The notes beneath the pieces are model-generated. The model was not told the DNA's origin. It ran no database searches and was given only the letters and a program-made list of their open reading frames with translations. Made by a program: the position numbers and the translations under genes. This document shows positions 37,209 through 47,529 of a stretch of 63,112 nucleotides of DNA, piece by piece (position 1 is the first letter of the stretch; each line of letters begins with the position of its first letter). Origin of the DNA: Solirubrobacteraceae bacterium (GTDB lineage: Bacteria > Actinomycetota > Thermoleophilia > Solirubrobacterales > Solirubrobacteraceae); the NCBI GenBank assembly GCA_035507305.1, contig DATJOE010000017.1, positions 1 to 63,112 on the forward strand, read 5' to 3'.

Positions 37209-38825
37209 TTAGAACGTCGGCGCGTACTTGCCGAAGACGTCCTGCATCGCGCCGCAGACCTCGCCCAGCGAGCAGCGGTCCTTCAGCGCCTGGCGGATCG
37301 ACGGCAGGAGGTTCTCGTTGCCCCGCGCTGTCTCGCGCAGCTCCTCCAGGCGCCGCTGCACCAACTCTTGGTCTCGCTCTGACTTGAACTTCGCCAAGCG
37401 GTCAAGCTGTTCGCGCTCGGACTGCGGGTCTACGCGCAGCAGTTCCGGCACCTCTAGCTCCTCCTCCTCGTAGGCGTTCACGCCCACGACGATGTCCTGA
37501 CCGATCCGGTAGCGCTCCTGATAGCCCCAGGCCGACTCGTCGATCTCGCCCGTGATGAACTCGATCGCGTTCACCGAGCCGCCAAGCGCGTCAACCTTCG
37601 CGATCAGCTCGTTCGCACGATCTTCGATCTCGTCGGTCAGCGACTCCACGAAGTAGGAGCCCGCGAACGGGTCGACCGTGTCGGCGGCACCCGACTCGTT
37701 CGCCAAGATCTGCTGCGTGCGAACGGCGATTTTCGCCGCGCGCTCCGTCGGCAGTGCGAGCGCCTCGTCAAAGCCGTTCGTGTGCAGCGACTGCGTGCCG
37801 CCGCAGACCGCCGCGAAGCCCTGCAGAGCGACGCGCACGATGTTGTTCTCCGGCTGCTGTGCCGTCAGCGTCACGCCGCCAGTCTGCGTGTGGAAGCGCA
37901 GCATTGTCGCCTTCGGGTTCGTGGCCCCAAAGCGCTCGCGCATGATGTGCGCCCACATCCGCCGCGCCGCGCGGAACTTCGCGACCTCCTGGAAGACGTT
38001 GTTGTGGCCGTTAAAGAAGAACGCCAGACGCGGCGCGAACTCGTCGACGTTTAGCCCCTTCTCGATCGCCGCCTGAACGTAGGCGATGCCCGAGGACAGC
38101 GTGAACGCCACCTCCTGCACCGCCGAGCAGCCCTTCTCGCGAAAGTGGTAGCCCGAGATCGAGATTGTGTTCCACCTCGGCACGTTCTCGTGGCAGTACT
38201 GGAACAGGTCTGTGGTCAGGCGCATCGTCGGCTGCGGTGGGTAGATGTAGTTGCCGCGCGCGATGTACTCCTTCAGCACGTCGTTCTGCGTCGTGCCGCG
38301 TAGCTTCTCGCTCGGCACGCCCTGCTCCTCGCCGACCAGCTCGTAGAGCAGCAGCAGGCACGCCGCGGGTGCGTTGATCGTCATCGACGTCGATACCTGG
38401 TCCAGCGGGATCCCGTCGAAGGCCGTGCGCATGTCGTCGATCGTGTCGATCGCCACGCCCGTGCGTCCCACCTCGCCGAGGCAACGCGGGTTGTCGGAGT
38501 CCAGCCCCAATTGCGTAGGCAGGTCAAACGCCATCGACAGCCCGGTCCCGCCCTTCGAGAGCAGGTAGCGGTAGCGCTCGTTTGACTCCTTTGCGGAGGC
38601 ATAGCCTGCGTACTGGCGCATCGTCCACGTCTGCTTGCGGTACATCTCGCGGTGCACGCCGCGCGTGTAAGGGAAGTCTCCCGGCTCGCCGAGGTCCAAC
38701 GCCGCCGGCACGTCCTGCTCGTCGTACAGCTCCTTGATCTCGATGCCCGAGTCCGTGAAGCGGCGCGGGTCATCTCCTCCGACGATTGGCGCGACCGTCA
38801 GGCGCTCCTTCTCCGTAGAAGCCAT
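37209..38825 (-). CDS. mcmA: Methylmalonyl-CoA mutase, large (substrate-binding) subunit of a split enzyme
   Basis: PGDFPYTRG, WTMRQYAGY (Tyr, as in MCM rather than ICM), AFDLPTQLG, QNDVLKEYIAR, SISGYH and GGTQSLHTN; no B12-binding domain; start at ATG 38825. Confidence 0.9.
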   Translation of the reverse strand: MASTEKERLTVAPIVGGDDPRRFTDSGIEIKELYDEQDVPAALDLGEPGDFPYTRGVHREMYRKQTWTMRQYAGYASAKESNERYRYLLSKGGTGLSMAFDLPTQLGLDSDNPRCLGEVGRTGVAIDTIDDMRTAFDGIPLDQVSTSMTINAPAACLLLLYELVGEEQGVPSEKLRGTTQNDVLKEYIARGNYIYPPQPTMRLTTDLFQYCHENVPRWNTISISGYHFREKGCSAVQEVAFTLSSGIAYVQAAIEKGLNVDEFAPRLAFFFNGHNNVFQEVAKFRAARRMWAHIMRERFGATNPKATMLRFHTQTGGVTLTAQQPENNIVRVALQGFAAVCGGTQSLHTNGFDEALALPTERAAKIAVRTQQILANESGAADTVDPFAGSYFVESLTDEIEDRANELIAKVDALGGSVNAIEFITGEIDESAWGYQERYRIGQDIVVGVNAYEEEELEVPELLRVDPQSEREQLDRLAKFKSERDQELVQRRLEELRETARGNENLLPSIRQALKDRCSLGEVCGAMQDVFGKYAPTF

Positions 38826-38898
38826 ACGCAGATCATAAGGCTGCATCTCTGAAGCCACCGTTCAAGCGGGCCATCCGCGCGCCGATATTGTTCGCGAC

Positions 38899-39846
38899 AT
38901 GTCTACGTGTCTTGTAACCGGCGGGGCTGGCTTCCTCGGCTCACACCTGTGCGACGAGCTGCTTGCGCGCGGGCATCGTGTGATCTGCGTCGACAATCTT
39001 GAGACCGGCTCGCTTACGAACATCGAGCACATCCGCAACCCCGAGCGCTTCGAGTTCCTGCAGATCGACATCATCGAGCCGTACTTCATCGAGGAGCCGA
39101 TCGACTTTGTCTACCACCTCGCATCACCCGCTTCGCCGATTGACTACCTGCGTCTGCCGCTGCACACGCTGAAGGTCGGCTCCTACGGCACGCACCACAC
39201 GCTCGGTCTCGCCAAGGCAAAGCGCGCGCGCTTTTTGATCTCCTCAACGAGCGAGGTCTACGGCGATCCGCTGGAGCATCCACAGGCTGAGACTTACTGG
39301 GGCCACGTCAACCCAGTTGGCCCCCGCGGCGTCTACGACGAGGCCAAGCGCTACGCCGAGGCGCTTGTCATGGCCTACCACCGTCAGCAGGGCGTCGACA
39401 CCGCGATCATGCGCATCTTCAACACATACGGCTCGCGCATGCGCCCCCACGACGGGCGCGCGATCCCGACGTTCTTGCGCCAGGCGCTCGCCAACCGCCC
39501 GATCACCGTGTTCGGCGACGGCAGTCAGACGCGCTCGTTCTGCTACGTCGCGGATCTGATCCGCGGCATGATCGCGCTCGCCGAGTCTGGCCATCACGAT
39601 CCCGTCAACATTGGCAACCCCGACGAGTTCACGCTCCTCGAACTGGCTGAGACCGTCAAGGAGCTGACCGGTTCCAGCTCCGAGATCGTCTACGAGGCAT
39701 TGCCCACCGACGACCCCAAGCAGCGCAGACCCGACATCTCGCTCGCGCGCGAGCTGCTTGGCTGGGCACCGGAGGTGTCGCTGCGCGAGGGGCTGCAACG
39801 GACCGTCGAGCAGTCGGGCGTCGAGCTGCTGATCGGCGGCGGCTGA
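38899..39846 (+). CDS. UDP-glucuronate decarboxylase (UDP-xylose synthase)-family SDR
   Basis: [46 protein letters not shown] and DDPKQR motifs. Confidence 0.9.
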   Translation: MSTCLVTGGAGFLGSHLCDELLARGHRVICVDNLETGSLTNIEHIRNPERFEFLQIDIIEPYFIEEPIDFVYHLASPASPIDYLRLPLHTLKVGSYGTHHTLGLAKAKRARFLISSTSEVYGDPLEHPQAETYWGHVNPVGPRGVYDEAKRYAEALVMAYHRQQGVDTAIMRIFNTYGSRMRPHDGRAIPTFLRQALANRPITVFGDGSQTRSFCYVADLIRGMIALAESGHHDPVNIGNPDEFTLLELAETVKELTGSSSEIVYEALPTDDPKQRRPDISLARELLGWAPEVSLREGLQRTVEQSGVELLIGGG

Positions 39847-39979
39847 ATCTTTTCACCCCGATTCCGCGGACTTTCACGGGGTAGGGAGCCACTGAGAGGG
39901 CCTCTGTGCACCCGCAATTACCTATCGGTGGAGACCATCGGGCCTCACGCGACCGCGACATCTGCGAGGCTGAAGCGTT

Positions 39980-41602
39980 GTGAGCAGTGAGATGGGACCG
40001 CGTTCCACCAGAACGTCCGCTCCGCCCACTCCGCGCAAGCCCTCCGCGCCGGCGCCAGCGAGGTCGTCGGTGATCGGTCGGGCGACGAGCACGGGCGGCC
40101 AGATTACGCCCCGGACCGTCCTTTCTGAGGTCACCGCTCGCAGGGAGGTCGGCGATCGCGATATGCGCCGCAAGCGCCCGCCCGTGCTGTCTTTCTTGCT
40201 GCGCATGTCGACCGCACGGCGGCTCTCTCGCGTGCTCTCGCTGCTCGCGCTCGACTTCGTCGGTGTCTCACTTGCGATCTTCACCTCGCTCGTACTCAAG
40301 TCGCTCGTGCGCGACGGCGGGGCCCAACTCAACGCCGCGCTGCACGAAACCGAACGCATCCTGCCGTTCGTCTATCTCTTGACCGCGCTGCTGTTCGCGC
40401 GCTCGGGTCTCTACGCGGAGCGCGCATTGCGTCCGGGTCTCGCGCGGATCGTTGGCTCGCTGTTCCAGGTCGCCTTTGTCGCGCTGCTGTTCGCGGTCGT
40501 CTCGGGCGAACATTTCTCCAGCTACTACCTGTTCTACGGCTCGTTGGCCTTCGCGCTGCTGTACGTGTCCTCGCTGCGCGCCGGCTACGAATGGATTACC
40601 GGGGCTATCTTGCGCGCGGCTGGCTATCGCCGTCGTGCTGTGCTCGTTGGCACCGGCGAGCACATCGCCGACGTCGGCCACGCGCTCGCCGACGCGCCGC
40701 ACTCGCCGATCGAGGTCGTCGGCTTCCTCGCGCCCGGCCCGCTGCCGGGCAAAGGTCTGCAACGTCTCGGCGCCCTCCACCAACTGGACGCCGTGCTCGG
40801 CTCTCAGCGCATCGATGAGGTGATCATCGCCGACCCCGACTTTCCGCAAGCCGACGCGCTCGAAATCGTCGACCAGTGCTCTCAGCGCGGCGTGCGCGTG
40901 CGGCTCGCTCCCTCCACGATGGAGGTGCTGATCCATCGCGCCGAGTTCGTACCGGGTCAGTCGGTGCCGCTGTTCGAGCTGGGCCCGCCTGTGTTCGAGG
41001 GCGTCGACTTCGCGCTGAAGCGGACATTTGACATCGTCGGCGCGACGCTGCTGCTCGTGCTGCTCAGCCCGGTGCTACTTGCGCTCGCTGCCGCCGTGCG
41101 GATCTCTTCACGCGGGCCTGTGCTGTATCGCTCCAGTAGGCGCGGCATCGGCCAGCGACCGTTCCCCTGCTTGAAGTTCCGCACGATGCACACCGACGCC
41201 GAGGAGCGCCAAGCCGATCTGGAAGAACTGAACGAGGCCACCGGGGCGCTGTTTAAGATCCGCGAAGATCCCCGGTTGACCAAGGTCGGCAAGCTACTCA
41301 GACGCTTCTCGCTCGATGAGCTGCCGCAGCTGATCAACGTGCTCCGTGGCGAGATGTCGCTCGTCGGGCCGCGCCCATTGCCCCAGCGCGACTTCGAGAT
41401 GCTCGAAGACTGGCACCGCAAGCGCTACCTCGTGCTGCCCGGGATTACCGGGCTGTGGCAGGTTTCCGGGCGCTCGAACCTCGACTTCGACGACCTCGTG
41501 CGGCTCGACTTCATCTATCTCGAGCACTGGTCGCTCGCGCTCGACCTGACGATCCTTCTGAAGACGATCCCGGCCGTGGTCTCGCGGCGGGGCGCCTACT
41601 GA
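39980..41602 (+). CDS. Polyprenyl-phosphate priming sugar transferase (WcaJ/WbaP-like)
   Basis: TM helices, then KRTFD, LKFRTM, DPRLTKVG..LRRFSLDELPQL, SLVGPRP, PGITGLWQVSGR and GAY; start uncertain. Confidence 0.92.
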   Translation: MSSEMGPRSTRTSAPPTPRKPSAPAPARSSVIGRATSTGGQITPRTVLSEVTARREVGDRDMRRKRPPVLSFLLRMSTARRLSRVLSLLALDFVGVSLAIFTSLVLKSLVRDGGAQLNAALHETERILPFVYLLTALLFARSGLYAERALRPGLARIVGSLFQVAFVALLFAVVSGEHFSSYYLFYGSLAFALLYVSSLRAGYEWITGAILRAAGYRRRAVLVGTGEHIADVGHALADAPHSPIEVVGFLAPGPLPGKGLQRLGALHQLDAVLGSQRIDEVIIADPDFPQADALEIVDQCSQRGVRVRLAPSTMEVLIHRAEFVPGQSVPLFELGPPVFEGVDFALKRTFDIVGATLLLVLLSPVLLALAAAVRISSRGPVLYRSSRRGIGQRPFPCLKFRTMHTDAEERQADLEELNEATGALFKIREDPRLTKVGKLLRRFSLDELPQLINVLRGEMSLVGPRPLPQRDFEMLEDWHRKRYLVLPGITGLWQVSGRSNLDFDDLVRLDFIYLEHWSLALDLTILLKTIPAVVSRRGAY

Positions 41603-41663
41603 CGAAGGTCTGTCGCGGCGCCGCAAGGACGCCTCCTAACAAGGTCCCGTCTCGGCGGACTGT

Positions 41664-42680
41664 CTACTGACCGCTCAGTGCCTGCCCAGGCCCCGCGGGC
41701 CGCGAGCGGGGCGTGTCGGGGCGACCGCGCAGCAGGCGTCCCAACGCGCGCGGTTGGCTCGCCTGGACGCGAGCGCGCTCATACACCCCCCAAGTCGCAC
41801 GCGCCGCGTCCTGCCAGCTCCACGTGGGTGGTCGCGGGGCCGGGCGCTCGGCAGCTTCCGCAGCCTCGATCAAAGACCTCAGATCACCCGCGGGCACGAA
41901 AGTGATGCGCCCCGCGAGCACCTCGCGAAGCGCGGGGACCTCGCACGCGACGACTGGCGTGCCGCATGCGAGTGCCTCGACTGCCGGCAACCCGAAGCCC
42001 TCGTCGTGCGAGGCGACTACGAGGGCATGGGCGCCGGTGTAGAGCGCCGCAAGGTCATCGTCGGGTACCTGGCCCGTAAGGATCACGTTCGGCAGCTCGT
42101 GCGCCCACGGGCTCGTCGAGCCCACGAGCACGAGCGGCATCTCACGTGGTGTCGCCGCCAGCTTCGCCACGTGTTTCGCGGGGTCGGGGTGCTGTAGTCC
42201 GCCGACCCACAACAGGTATCGCTCGGGCAGCGCAAAGCGCGCTCGCACGTCCTCGACCTCTCCTCGCTCTCGGGGATACATGCAGGCCGCGGGCGCCTCG
42301 TGGATCACGTCAATCTGCTCGCGCTCCACGCCTAGGCGGTCAAGCGCGTCGTGGGCAAGCGCCTCCGTCGGCACGATCACACGCATCGCGCGCTGCACCG
42401 CGAGCGCGCGCATGCGGGGCCGCACGCTTGTGCTCAGCAGCTCGCTGCGTCGCTTCAGGGCCGTCAGGTCGTGCACTGTGACCACCATCGGGCAAGGGCT
42501 GTGCAACAACGCACCGTTCATCCACGGCGAGTGGAACACGTCCGCGGTTCTCGGACGCGAGGTCTCCACGATCTCCGCGTCCGCTCCCGCGGTCTCGCGC
42601 AGCGCCTCCAGCAGACAACGCGTGTAGCGCCCGACGCCGTGTGCATCCCTGACCGGGCGGCTGTCGAACGCGAGGTTCAT
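41664..42680 (-). CDS. GT4 glycosyltransferase
   Basis: GVGRY, VVTVHDL and EGFGLPAVEALACGTPV motifs. Confidence 0.9.
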   Translation of the reverse strand: MNLAFDSRPVRDAHGVGRYTRCLLEALRETAGADAEIVETSRPRTADVFHSPWMNGALLHSPCPMVVTVHDLTALKRRSELLSTSVRPRMRALAVQRAMRVIVPTEALAHDALDRLGVEREQIDVIHEAPAACMYPRERGEVEDVRARFALPERYLLWVGGLQHPDPAKHVAKLAATPREMPLVLVGSTSPWAHELPNVILTGQVPDDDLAALYTGAHALVVASHDEGFGLPAVEALACGTPVVACEVPALREVLAGRITFVPAGDLRSLIEAAEAAERPAPRPPTWSWQDAARATWGVYERARVQASQPRALGRLLRGRPDTPRSRPAGPGQALSGQ

Positions 42681-42770
42681 TGCTCGCTCGCGAACCTCAT
42701 CGCCCTAGGCTCATCTCGCGCCTCCCAAGCACGCTGCGAAGATACCCGCATCGCGTAGCTTTGTGCAGGA

Positions 42771-43433
42771 ATGACGGACAACTTGCGGAGTGGCTACCAC
42801 GAAGCTCTCTGGCGGGGGGTCCCCGAGGGTGCATCGCCACCTGGGATCGAGCTTCGCCGTGCGTTCCTGCTCCAGCACCTGGGCGTGTTGACCCCGTCCG
42901 CCGAGCAAGGCGTCCCGCTTCGAGTGCTCGACGTCGGATGTGGAGAAGGGCAGTTGACCGCGGCGATCGTTGAGGCCGGCTGTGCGGTGCTGGGAATCGA
43001 CCTCGCCGAGGAGCCGCTGCGGCGCGCTCGCGAGCGGCATCCCGAGCTGGAGTTGCTGCGCGTCGAGGACGATCGACCGTGGCCGATCGCCGACGCGAGC
43101 TTCGACGTCGTCTGGGCCGGAGAGACCATCGAGCACGTCCTCGATACCACCGGCTGGCTTTCGGAGGTGCGGCGCGTGTTGCGCTCCGGGGGGAGCTTGC
43201 TACTCAGCACGCCCGCGCATGGGCCGCTCACTCGGCTGTCCTTCGCGCTCTCGCCCGCGCGTTTCGAGCGCCACTTCGACCCCCGCGCCGACCACTTGCG
43301 CTTCTACACCGCGCGAACGCTGCGGCGACTGCTAACGGATTTCCGCTTCGAACAGGTCGAGACATCGCAGGCGGGAGGGTTGCCCGGCGCGCGGGGAACC
43401 CTGTTCGCCGCCGCGCTCCGAGCGCGCTTCTAA
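42771..43433 (+). CDS. Class I SAM-dependent methyltransferase
   Basis: VLDVGCGEG, FDVV, IEHV, RVLRSGG and STP motifs. Confidence 0.9.
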   Translation: MTDNLRSGYHEALWRGVPEGASPPGIELRRAFLLQHLGVLTPSAEQGVPLRVLDVGCGEGQLTAAIVEAGCAVLGIDLAEEPLRRARERHPELELLRVEDDRPWPIADASFDVVWAGETIEHVLDTTGWLSEVRRVLRSGGSLLLSTPAHGPLTRLSFALSPARFERHFDPRADHLRFYTARTLRRLLTDFRFEQVETSQAGGLPGARGTLFAAALRARF

Positions 43434-43449
43434 GCCCGCGCGCTCGGCG

Positions 43450-45900
43450 TCAGGGTCGGCCGCCCACCGCTGGTTTGCCCGCGTCGCGCAGTGCTTGGAC
43501 GTAGGCGTTCTGGATCGCGATCGCTTCCTGGTTGCCCTGCGCGATCGCTTCCGGCGCGATCGACTCCGGGTTTAGGTAGATCGCCGCTTCGAGCTCGCGC
43601 TTTGCCGCCGCGGGGTTGCTCGCGAGGTCGTACTCGCCCAACGTCAGCCACGTCTGCGGGTTCGACGGCTGCAGGCGGACCGCTCGCTGCAGCGTCGCCC
43701 GCGCCAGCGCCGGTTTGCCCGTCGCCTGCTGGAGGGCCGACAGCGTGAACAACGCCTGCGCCGAGAGCGGATCGCGCGACACCGCCGTCTCGGCTAGGGA
43801 GAGCGCCGCGCGCGGGTTGCTCGCCAGCTCGCCCAGCGCCTGCTGTGAGGCACTCGTCGAGCGCTGCGGCTGCCACTGTGCCCACGCCGCGATCAGCGCG
43901 CCCGCCAGCGCCGCGACTGCCACCGCGATCCGCACTGGTCCCAGCGCGCTGGGCGTCAAGCGTGCGCGGAGACCCGCCGCCCATGCCGTTGTCTTCGAAG
44001 GGGAGGCCGCGCCGCCTCTGGCTATCTGCTCGGCTGTTGCGGGACCCGCCGCCGGTAGCCGTGCCGTAACGCCGCCAGTCACCGCCAGGCGCCCCGCCGT
44101 AGCGCCTCCCGTCATCGCCAGTGGACCGCGTCCCGCCAGCCAGCCCGCGCACAGCAGCGCCACGCACGCGTTGCCTGGGACGTACCAGGTCCAGTCGGCC
44201 AGCGAGTGGATCCCGAACACCACGACCAGGCAGAGCATGCTCAGCATCCCGATCCGCTCGGGCGTGTAGCGCGGGGGTCGTCCAGCCGCCGTCGTCAACC
44301 GGTGCCAACCCGGGATCGGCGCGTCGCCCCGGTTTACGATCAGCTCGCGCCAAGCTCGCCACTCGCTCCAGCCGCGATTGAAGGGATGAGTTGCGCGGCC
44401 CGCCGCCGCCATCCACACGAGCAGCAGCGCCAGCGTCACTGCCAGCCCCACGAAACCCAGGTCGGCCAGGGTCTGCACGATGTAGCCGTGCGCGTGGCGT
44501 ACGTCCAGCGTCTCGGTCCGGTAGCGCAGTCGAGCCGTCGCGTAGCCTTCTGCACCCGCGCCTAGCCACGGGTGCGCCTGGTTGACCTTCAGTGCCTCAT
44601 TCCAATAGCGCGCGCGTACGCTGCCTACCGCCGTCAGGCGCCCTGGGCCGTTGGAGGGAACCGGCGCGTGCGGGTCCGTCACCGAGTGAAGCGCGTGCGA
44701 GATCGTTCCCGTGAAGCCCCGGTGGCTCGCCGCGAGCGCGCCCGCGCACGCGAGCACCACAACCGCGAGCAGGCCCAGCAGCAACGTGCCCGCGCGGCGG
44801 CGGCTGATTAGCGATGGAGCGTTGCGTCCCGTCCAGAAGCCGAACGCGAGCCCGATCAACGTCAGCAGCACGAGCATCGCGACGATCAGCACGCCCAGCT
44901 GACGCCCCGCGCTCGTGCGCGCCGCGATTTCCACGTTGTCACTGTTCAGCGCATGCCTCGAGAAGTCCCACGCCACCACGGCCCCCGCACACACCGCGCC
45001 GCTGATCAGGATCGCCGCGCCGCGCAGACGCAGCGGCACGATGCAGAACCACAGCACCAGGCCGAGCACGAGCGCGACCAGCGCCCCGCGCGAGTAGGCC
45101 AGCATCAGCGTCAGCAGCATCAGCCCCATCGCCGGATAGGCCAGCGCGCCGAGCAGCGCATGGCCCGTGCGACGCGCGCCCAGCCACATGCAGCCGATTG
45201 CGCCCATCGCCGCCGTCAGGCCGATCGCGTTCCAGTACTGGTAGGGCTCGCGCAGGCGCGCGTAGATGTCGCTCGCGTCCAGCGAGGCCGGGAACACCTT
45301 CGTCAACAGCGCGTATCCGCATACGATGCTCGCCGCAAGCACGACCCCACCCAGCACCGCGGGCCAGCGCACCGGAACCGCCCGCGCGAGCGCGACCGCG
45401 GCGCCGAACACCGCCGCGTACGCGAACATTCGCCCCGCGTCCTTGAAGCTGTCATCGGGCTGCACTGACCAGACGACCGAGAGTGCTGTAAGCGCCGCGA
45501 AGCCGAGCAGCAGCGCCACCGCCCAGCCGCCGTAAACGCGCTCGCGCTTGGGCCCCAGCAGTGCCACTGCCGCGACGATCAGCCCCGAGCCCAGCGTCAG
45601 CACGATCTCGACCGTCGTCGTGTCGCTTAGGTTCAGCCCGCCCCCCGCGACGAACGTCACGAAGCACAGGACCCCCGCGGTCAGGAGCGCCGGCCACCAC
45701 GCAAGTGCGCGGGTGCGCAACGTCTCCTGCCACCCGCCCGCGTTGCTTGAACCACCTCCGTTCGACGCTGGAGCGCCTACGGGTCCAGCCGCGAACGCGG
45801 GGGCGGGCGCCGGGCGAGCCGCTGGCCGCTGGGCCTCCGTCGTGGCTCCCGGCGCCAGTAGCGCCGTGCCCGGCTCAGTGGGCGCGCCAGGCACGGACAC
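43450..45900 (-). CDS. O-antigen ligase / oligosaccharyltransferase-like membrane protein with C-terminal TPR-like repeats
   Basis: Many TM helices; RLREPYQYWNA, AYSRG, RARYW, GAGAEGY, HAHGYIVQTLADLG and HSLADW; TPR-like AVRLQPSNP segment. Confidence 0.82.
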   Translation of the reverse strand: MSVPGAPTEPGTALLAPGATTEAQRPAARPAPAPAFAAGPVGAPASNGGGSSNAGGWQETLRTRALAWWPALLTAGVLCFVTFVAGGGLNLSDTTTVEIVLTLGSGLIVAAVALLGPKRERVYGGWAVALLLGFAALTALSVVWSVQPDDSFKDAGRMFAYAAVFGAAVALARAVPVRWPAVLGGVVLAASIVCGYALLTKVFPASLDASDIYARLREPYQYWNAIGLTAAMGAIGCMWLGARRTGHALLGALAYPAMGLMLLTLMLAYSRGALVALVLGLVLWFCIVPLRLRGAAILISGAVCAGAVVAWDFSRHALNSDNVEIAARTSAGRQLGVLIVAMLVLLTLIGLAFGFWTGRNAPSLISRRRAGTLLLGLLAVVVLACAGALAASHRGFTGTISHALHSVTDPHAPVPSNGPGRLTAVGSVRARYWNEALKVNQAHPWLGAGAEGYATARLRYRTETLDVRHAHGYIVQTLADLGFVGLAVTLALLLVWMAAAGRATHPFNRGWSEWRAWRELIVNRGDAPIPGWHRLTTAAGRPPRYTPERIGMLSMLCLVVVFGIHSLADWTWYVPGNACVALLCAGWLAGRGPLAMTGGATAGRLAVTGGVTARLPAAGPATAEQIARGGAASPSKTTAWAAGLRARLTPSALGPVRIAVAVAALAGALIAAWAQWQPQRSTSASQQALGELASNPRAALSLAETAVSRDPLSAQALFTLSALQQATGKPALARATLQRAVRLQPSNPQTWLTLGEYDLASNPAAAKRELEAAIYLNPESIAPEAIAQGNQEAIAIQNAYVQALRDAGKPAVGGRP

Positions 45901-46387
45901 CCTGGTAGATCGAGCGCCCGCTTACGGCTAGCGCGCAGGTGAGCAGGAGCGCCAGCATCGCCAGCAGCGGGTCCGGCAGTGAGCTGAACGCGGAGGACAC
46001 GTTCGCGTGGATCACGCCCGGCGATATGTCTTGGCCGCCGATCTTCTGCTGTGCGGCCCCGGACTTCGGCACACGTGTCAGCGCACTCTGCTCGGAGGGC
46101 GAGAGTGGGGTCGCGGTCAGGCCTCCACCCCCGGCCGTTCCGCCGCCACCCCCACCCCCCGCGGCCGCCAGCTGCGCATGGCGGATCAGGTTCGCGCAGT
46201 CGGAGTACTCTTCGACTTCGGTCGGCAGCTCTTGCAGCGCGCGCCGGTAATCCTGTTGGCTGAAGCCGCTCAGGCTCTGCCCGTGCGTGCACCGTTCGAT
46301 GATCTGCGCGCCCTTGTCCGCGCTTGCCGCGCTCGCCGTGAGGACGAACATCAGCAGCGCGAGCGCCAATGCGGAGGCGATTCGCAT
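45875..46387 (-). CDS. Small secreted, C-terminally membrane-anchored hypothetical protein
   Basis: Signal peptide MRIASALALALLMFVLTASAASA, a Cys pair, a poly-Gly linker and a C-terminal TM (LPDPLLAMLALLL); overlaps the ligase start. Confidence 0.75.
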   Translation of the reverse strand: MRIASALALALLMFVLTASAASADKGAQIIERCTHGQSLSGFSQQDYRRALQELPTEVEEYSDCANLIRHAQLAAAGGGGGGGTAGGGGLTATPLSPSEQSALTRVPKSGAAQQKIGGQDISPGVIHANVSSAFSSLPDPLLAMLALLLTCALAVSGRSIYQGVRAWRAH

Positions 46388-46404
46388 ACTTGAGCGACGC
46401 AACG

Positions 46405-47529
46405 CTACCAATGCTCCCGGGCGAGGCCGATGCTTGCGAGCGCCGCCGAGAAGCCGTTCGCCCACGCCTCGTACGTGTACGCGCGCACATCCTCGGCTCC
46501 CTGCGCCCCGAGACGGCCGCGCAGTTGCGGATCGCCAGCCAGGCGCGCGATCGCGTGCGCCAGCGCATCGCTGTCGCCGGATTCGAACACCAATCCGTTC
46601 TCGCCGTCGCGCACCAGCCCACCGGCCACCGCGCCCACGGCGTCGCTTGCGATCACTGGTAGACCGCGATTCATCGCCTCGTTGATTACCAGACCCCAAG
46701 GCTCTCGAAACGTCCGGGTCTGCACCGAAGGCAGCACGAGCACGTCGCACGCCGCGTAGACGTTTCGTAGCTCGACCGGGTCCAACCGCCCCAACCCCAA
46801 CATGCTCGCGTCACTTCCGCGACGCGGGCCGGCCGGCGTGATCGTTTCAAGGTCTGGCTCCACGCCCGCGAGAACGAGCGCTGCGCGTCCTGCCTCCAGG
46901 TCCGCCGCGCGCCAGGCGTCCGCCAAAACCGTCAGTCCCTTCTCCGGCGCCGGGCGCCCCACGAACAGGAATCTCACCTCCGCCGCCGCGACCGCCGGCC
47001 AGCCCGGGTTGCTCGGCGTGCGTAAATCGCTTGCGCTCCAGAAGTCGTTGTCCACCGCCTGGGGCGCGACGTGCACGTTGCGCGCACCCAGCTCACGCAC
47101 ATAGGCGCTTACGTGTGGGCCGTATGTCACGATCGCGTCCGCCTTCCGGTACAGGTGGCGCACCGGCAGGTAGGTGAACGCGTGGGCGAGGCTCCGTGGG
47201 TGCGCCCACAGCGACGCCCAGACGATTACCGGGACCCGAGCGCGCCGCGCACCGCCCCAGGTGGCCAGCGGTGCCAGCCGCCCGCCCGTCGGGCAGACGA
47301 CCGCGCGGTAGGCGCCCGACGCGGCCAGCGCGTACAGCCCTCGTGGCTTGACCGTACGATGGGGGAAGGGCATGACCCCCTCAAACCCGGCGCCCCCGTG
47401 CTTGTAGCGGCCTCCGAACGAGGCCAGCTCGATCCGCTCGCGCTCGTGCAGGCACTCGAGCGCACCGACGCGATAGTCGGGTACATGGCCCGTCACAAAT
47501 AGAACCGGCTTTGCCTCCGTTGCGCTCAC
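46405..47529 (-). CDS. GT4 glycosyltransferase
   Basis: LFVGRPAPEKG and EPWGLVINEAMNRGLPV; GTG 47529 with GTGA overlap. Confidence 0.9.
   Translation of the reverse strand: MSATEAKPVLFVTGHVPDYRVGALECLHERERIELASFGGRYKHGGAGFEGVMPFPHRTVKPRGLYALAASGAYRAVVCPTGGRLAPLATWGGARRARVPVIVWASLWAHPRSLAHAFTYLPVRHLYRKADAIVTYGPHVSAYVRELGARNVHVAPQAVDNDFWSASDLRTPSNPGWPAVAAAEVRFLFVGRPAPEKGLTVLADAWRAADLEAGRAALVLAGVEPDLETITPAGPRRGSDASMLGLGRLDPVELRNVYAACDVLVLPSVQTRTFREPWGLVINEAMNRGLPVIASDAVGAVAGGLVRDGENGLVFESGDSDALAHAIARLAGDPQLRGRLGAQGAEDVRAYTYEAWANGFSAALASIGLAREHW

Noticed and set aside
37209-38825. Isobutyryl-CoA or other variant mutase
   Set aside because: The specificity position is Tyr (RQYAG) and the Arg in KEYIAR is kept, consistent with methylmalonyl-CoA.
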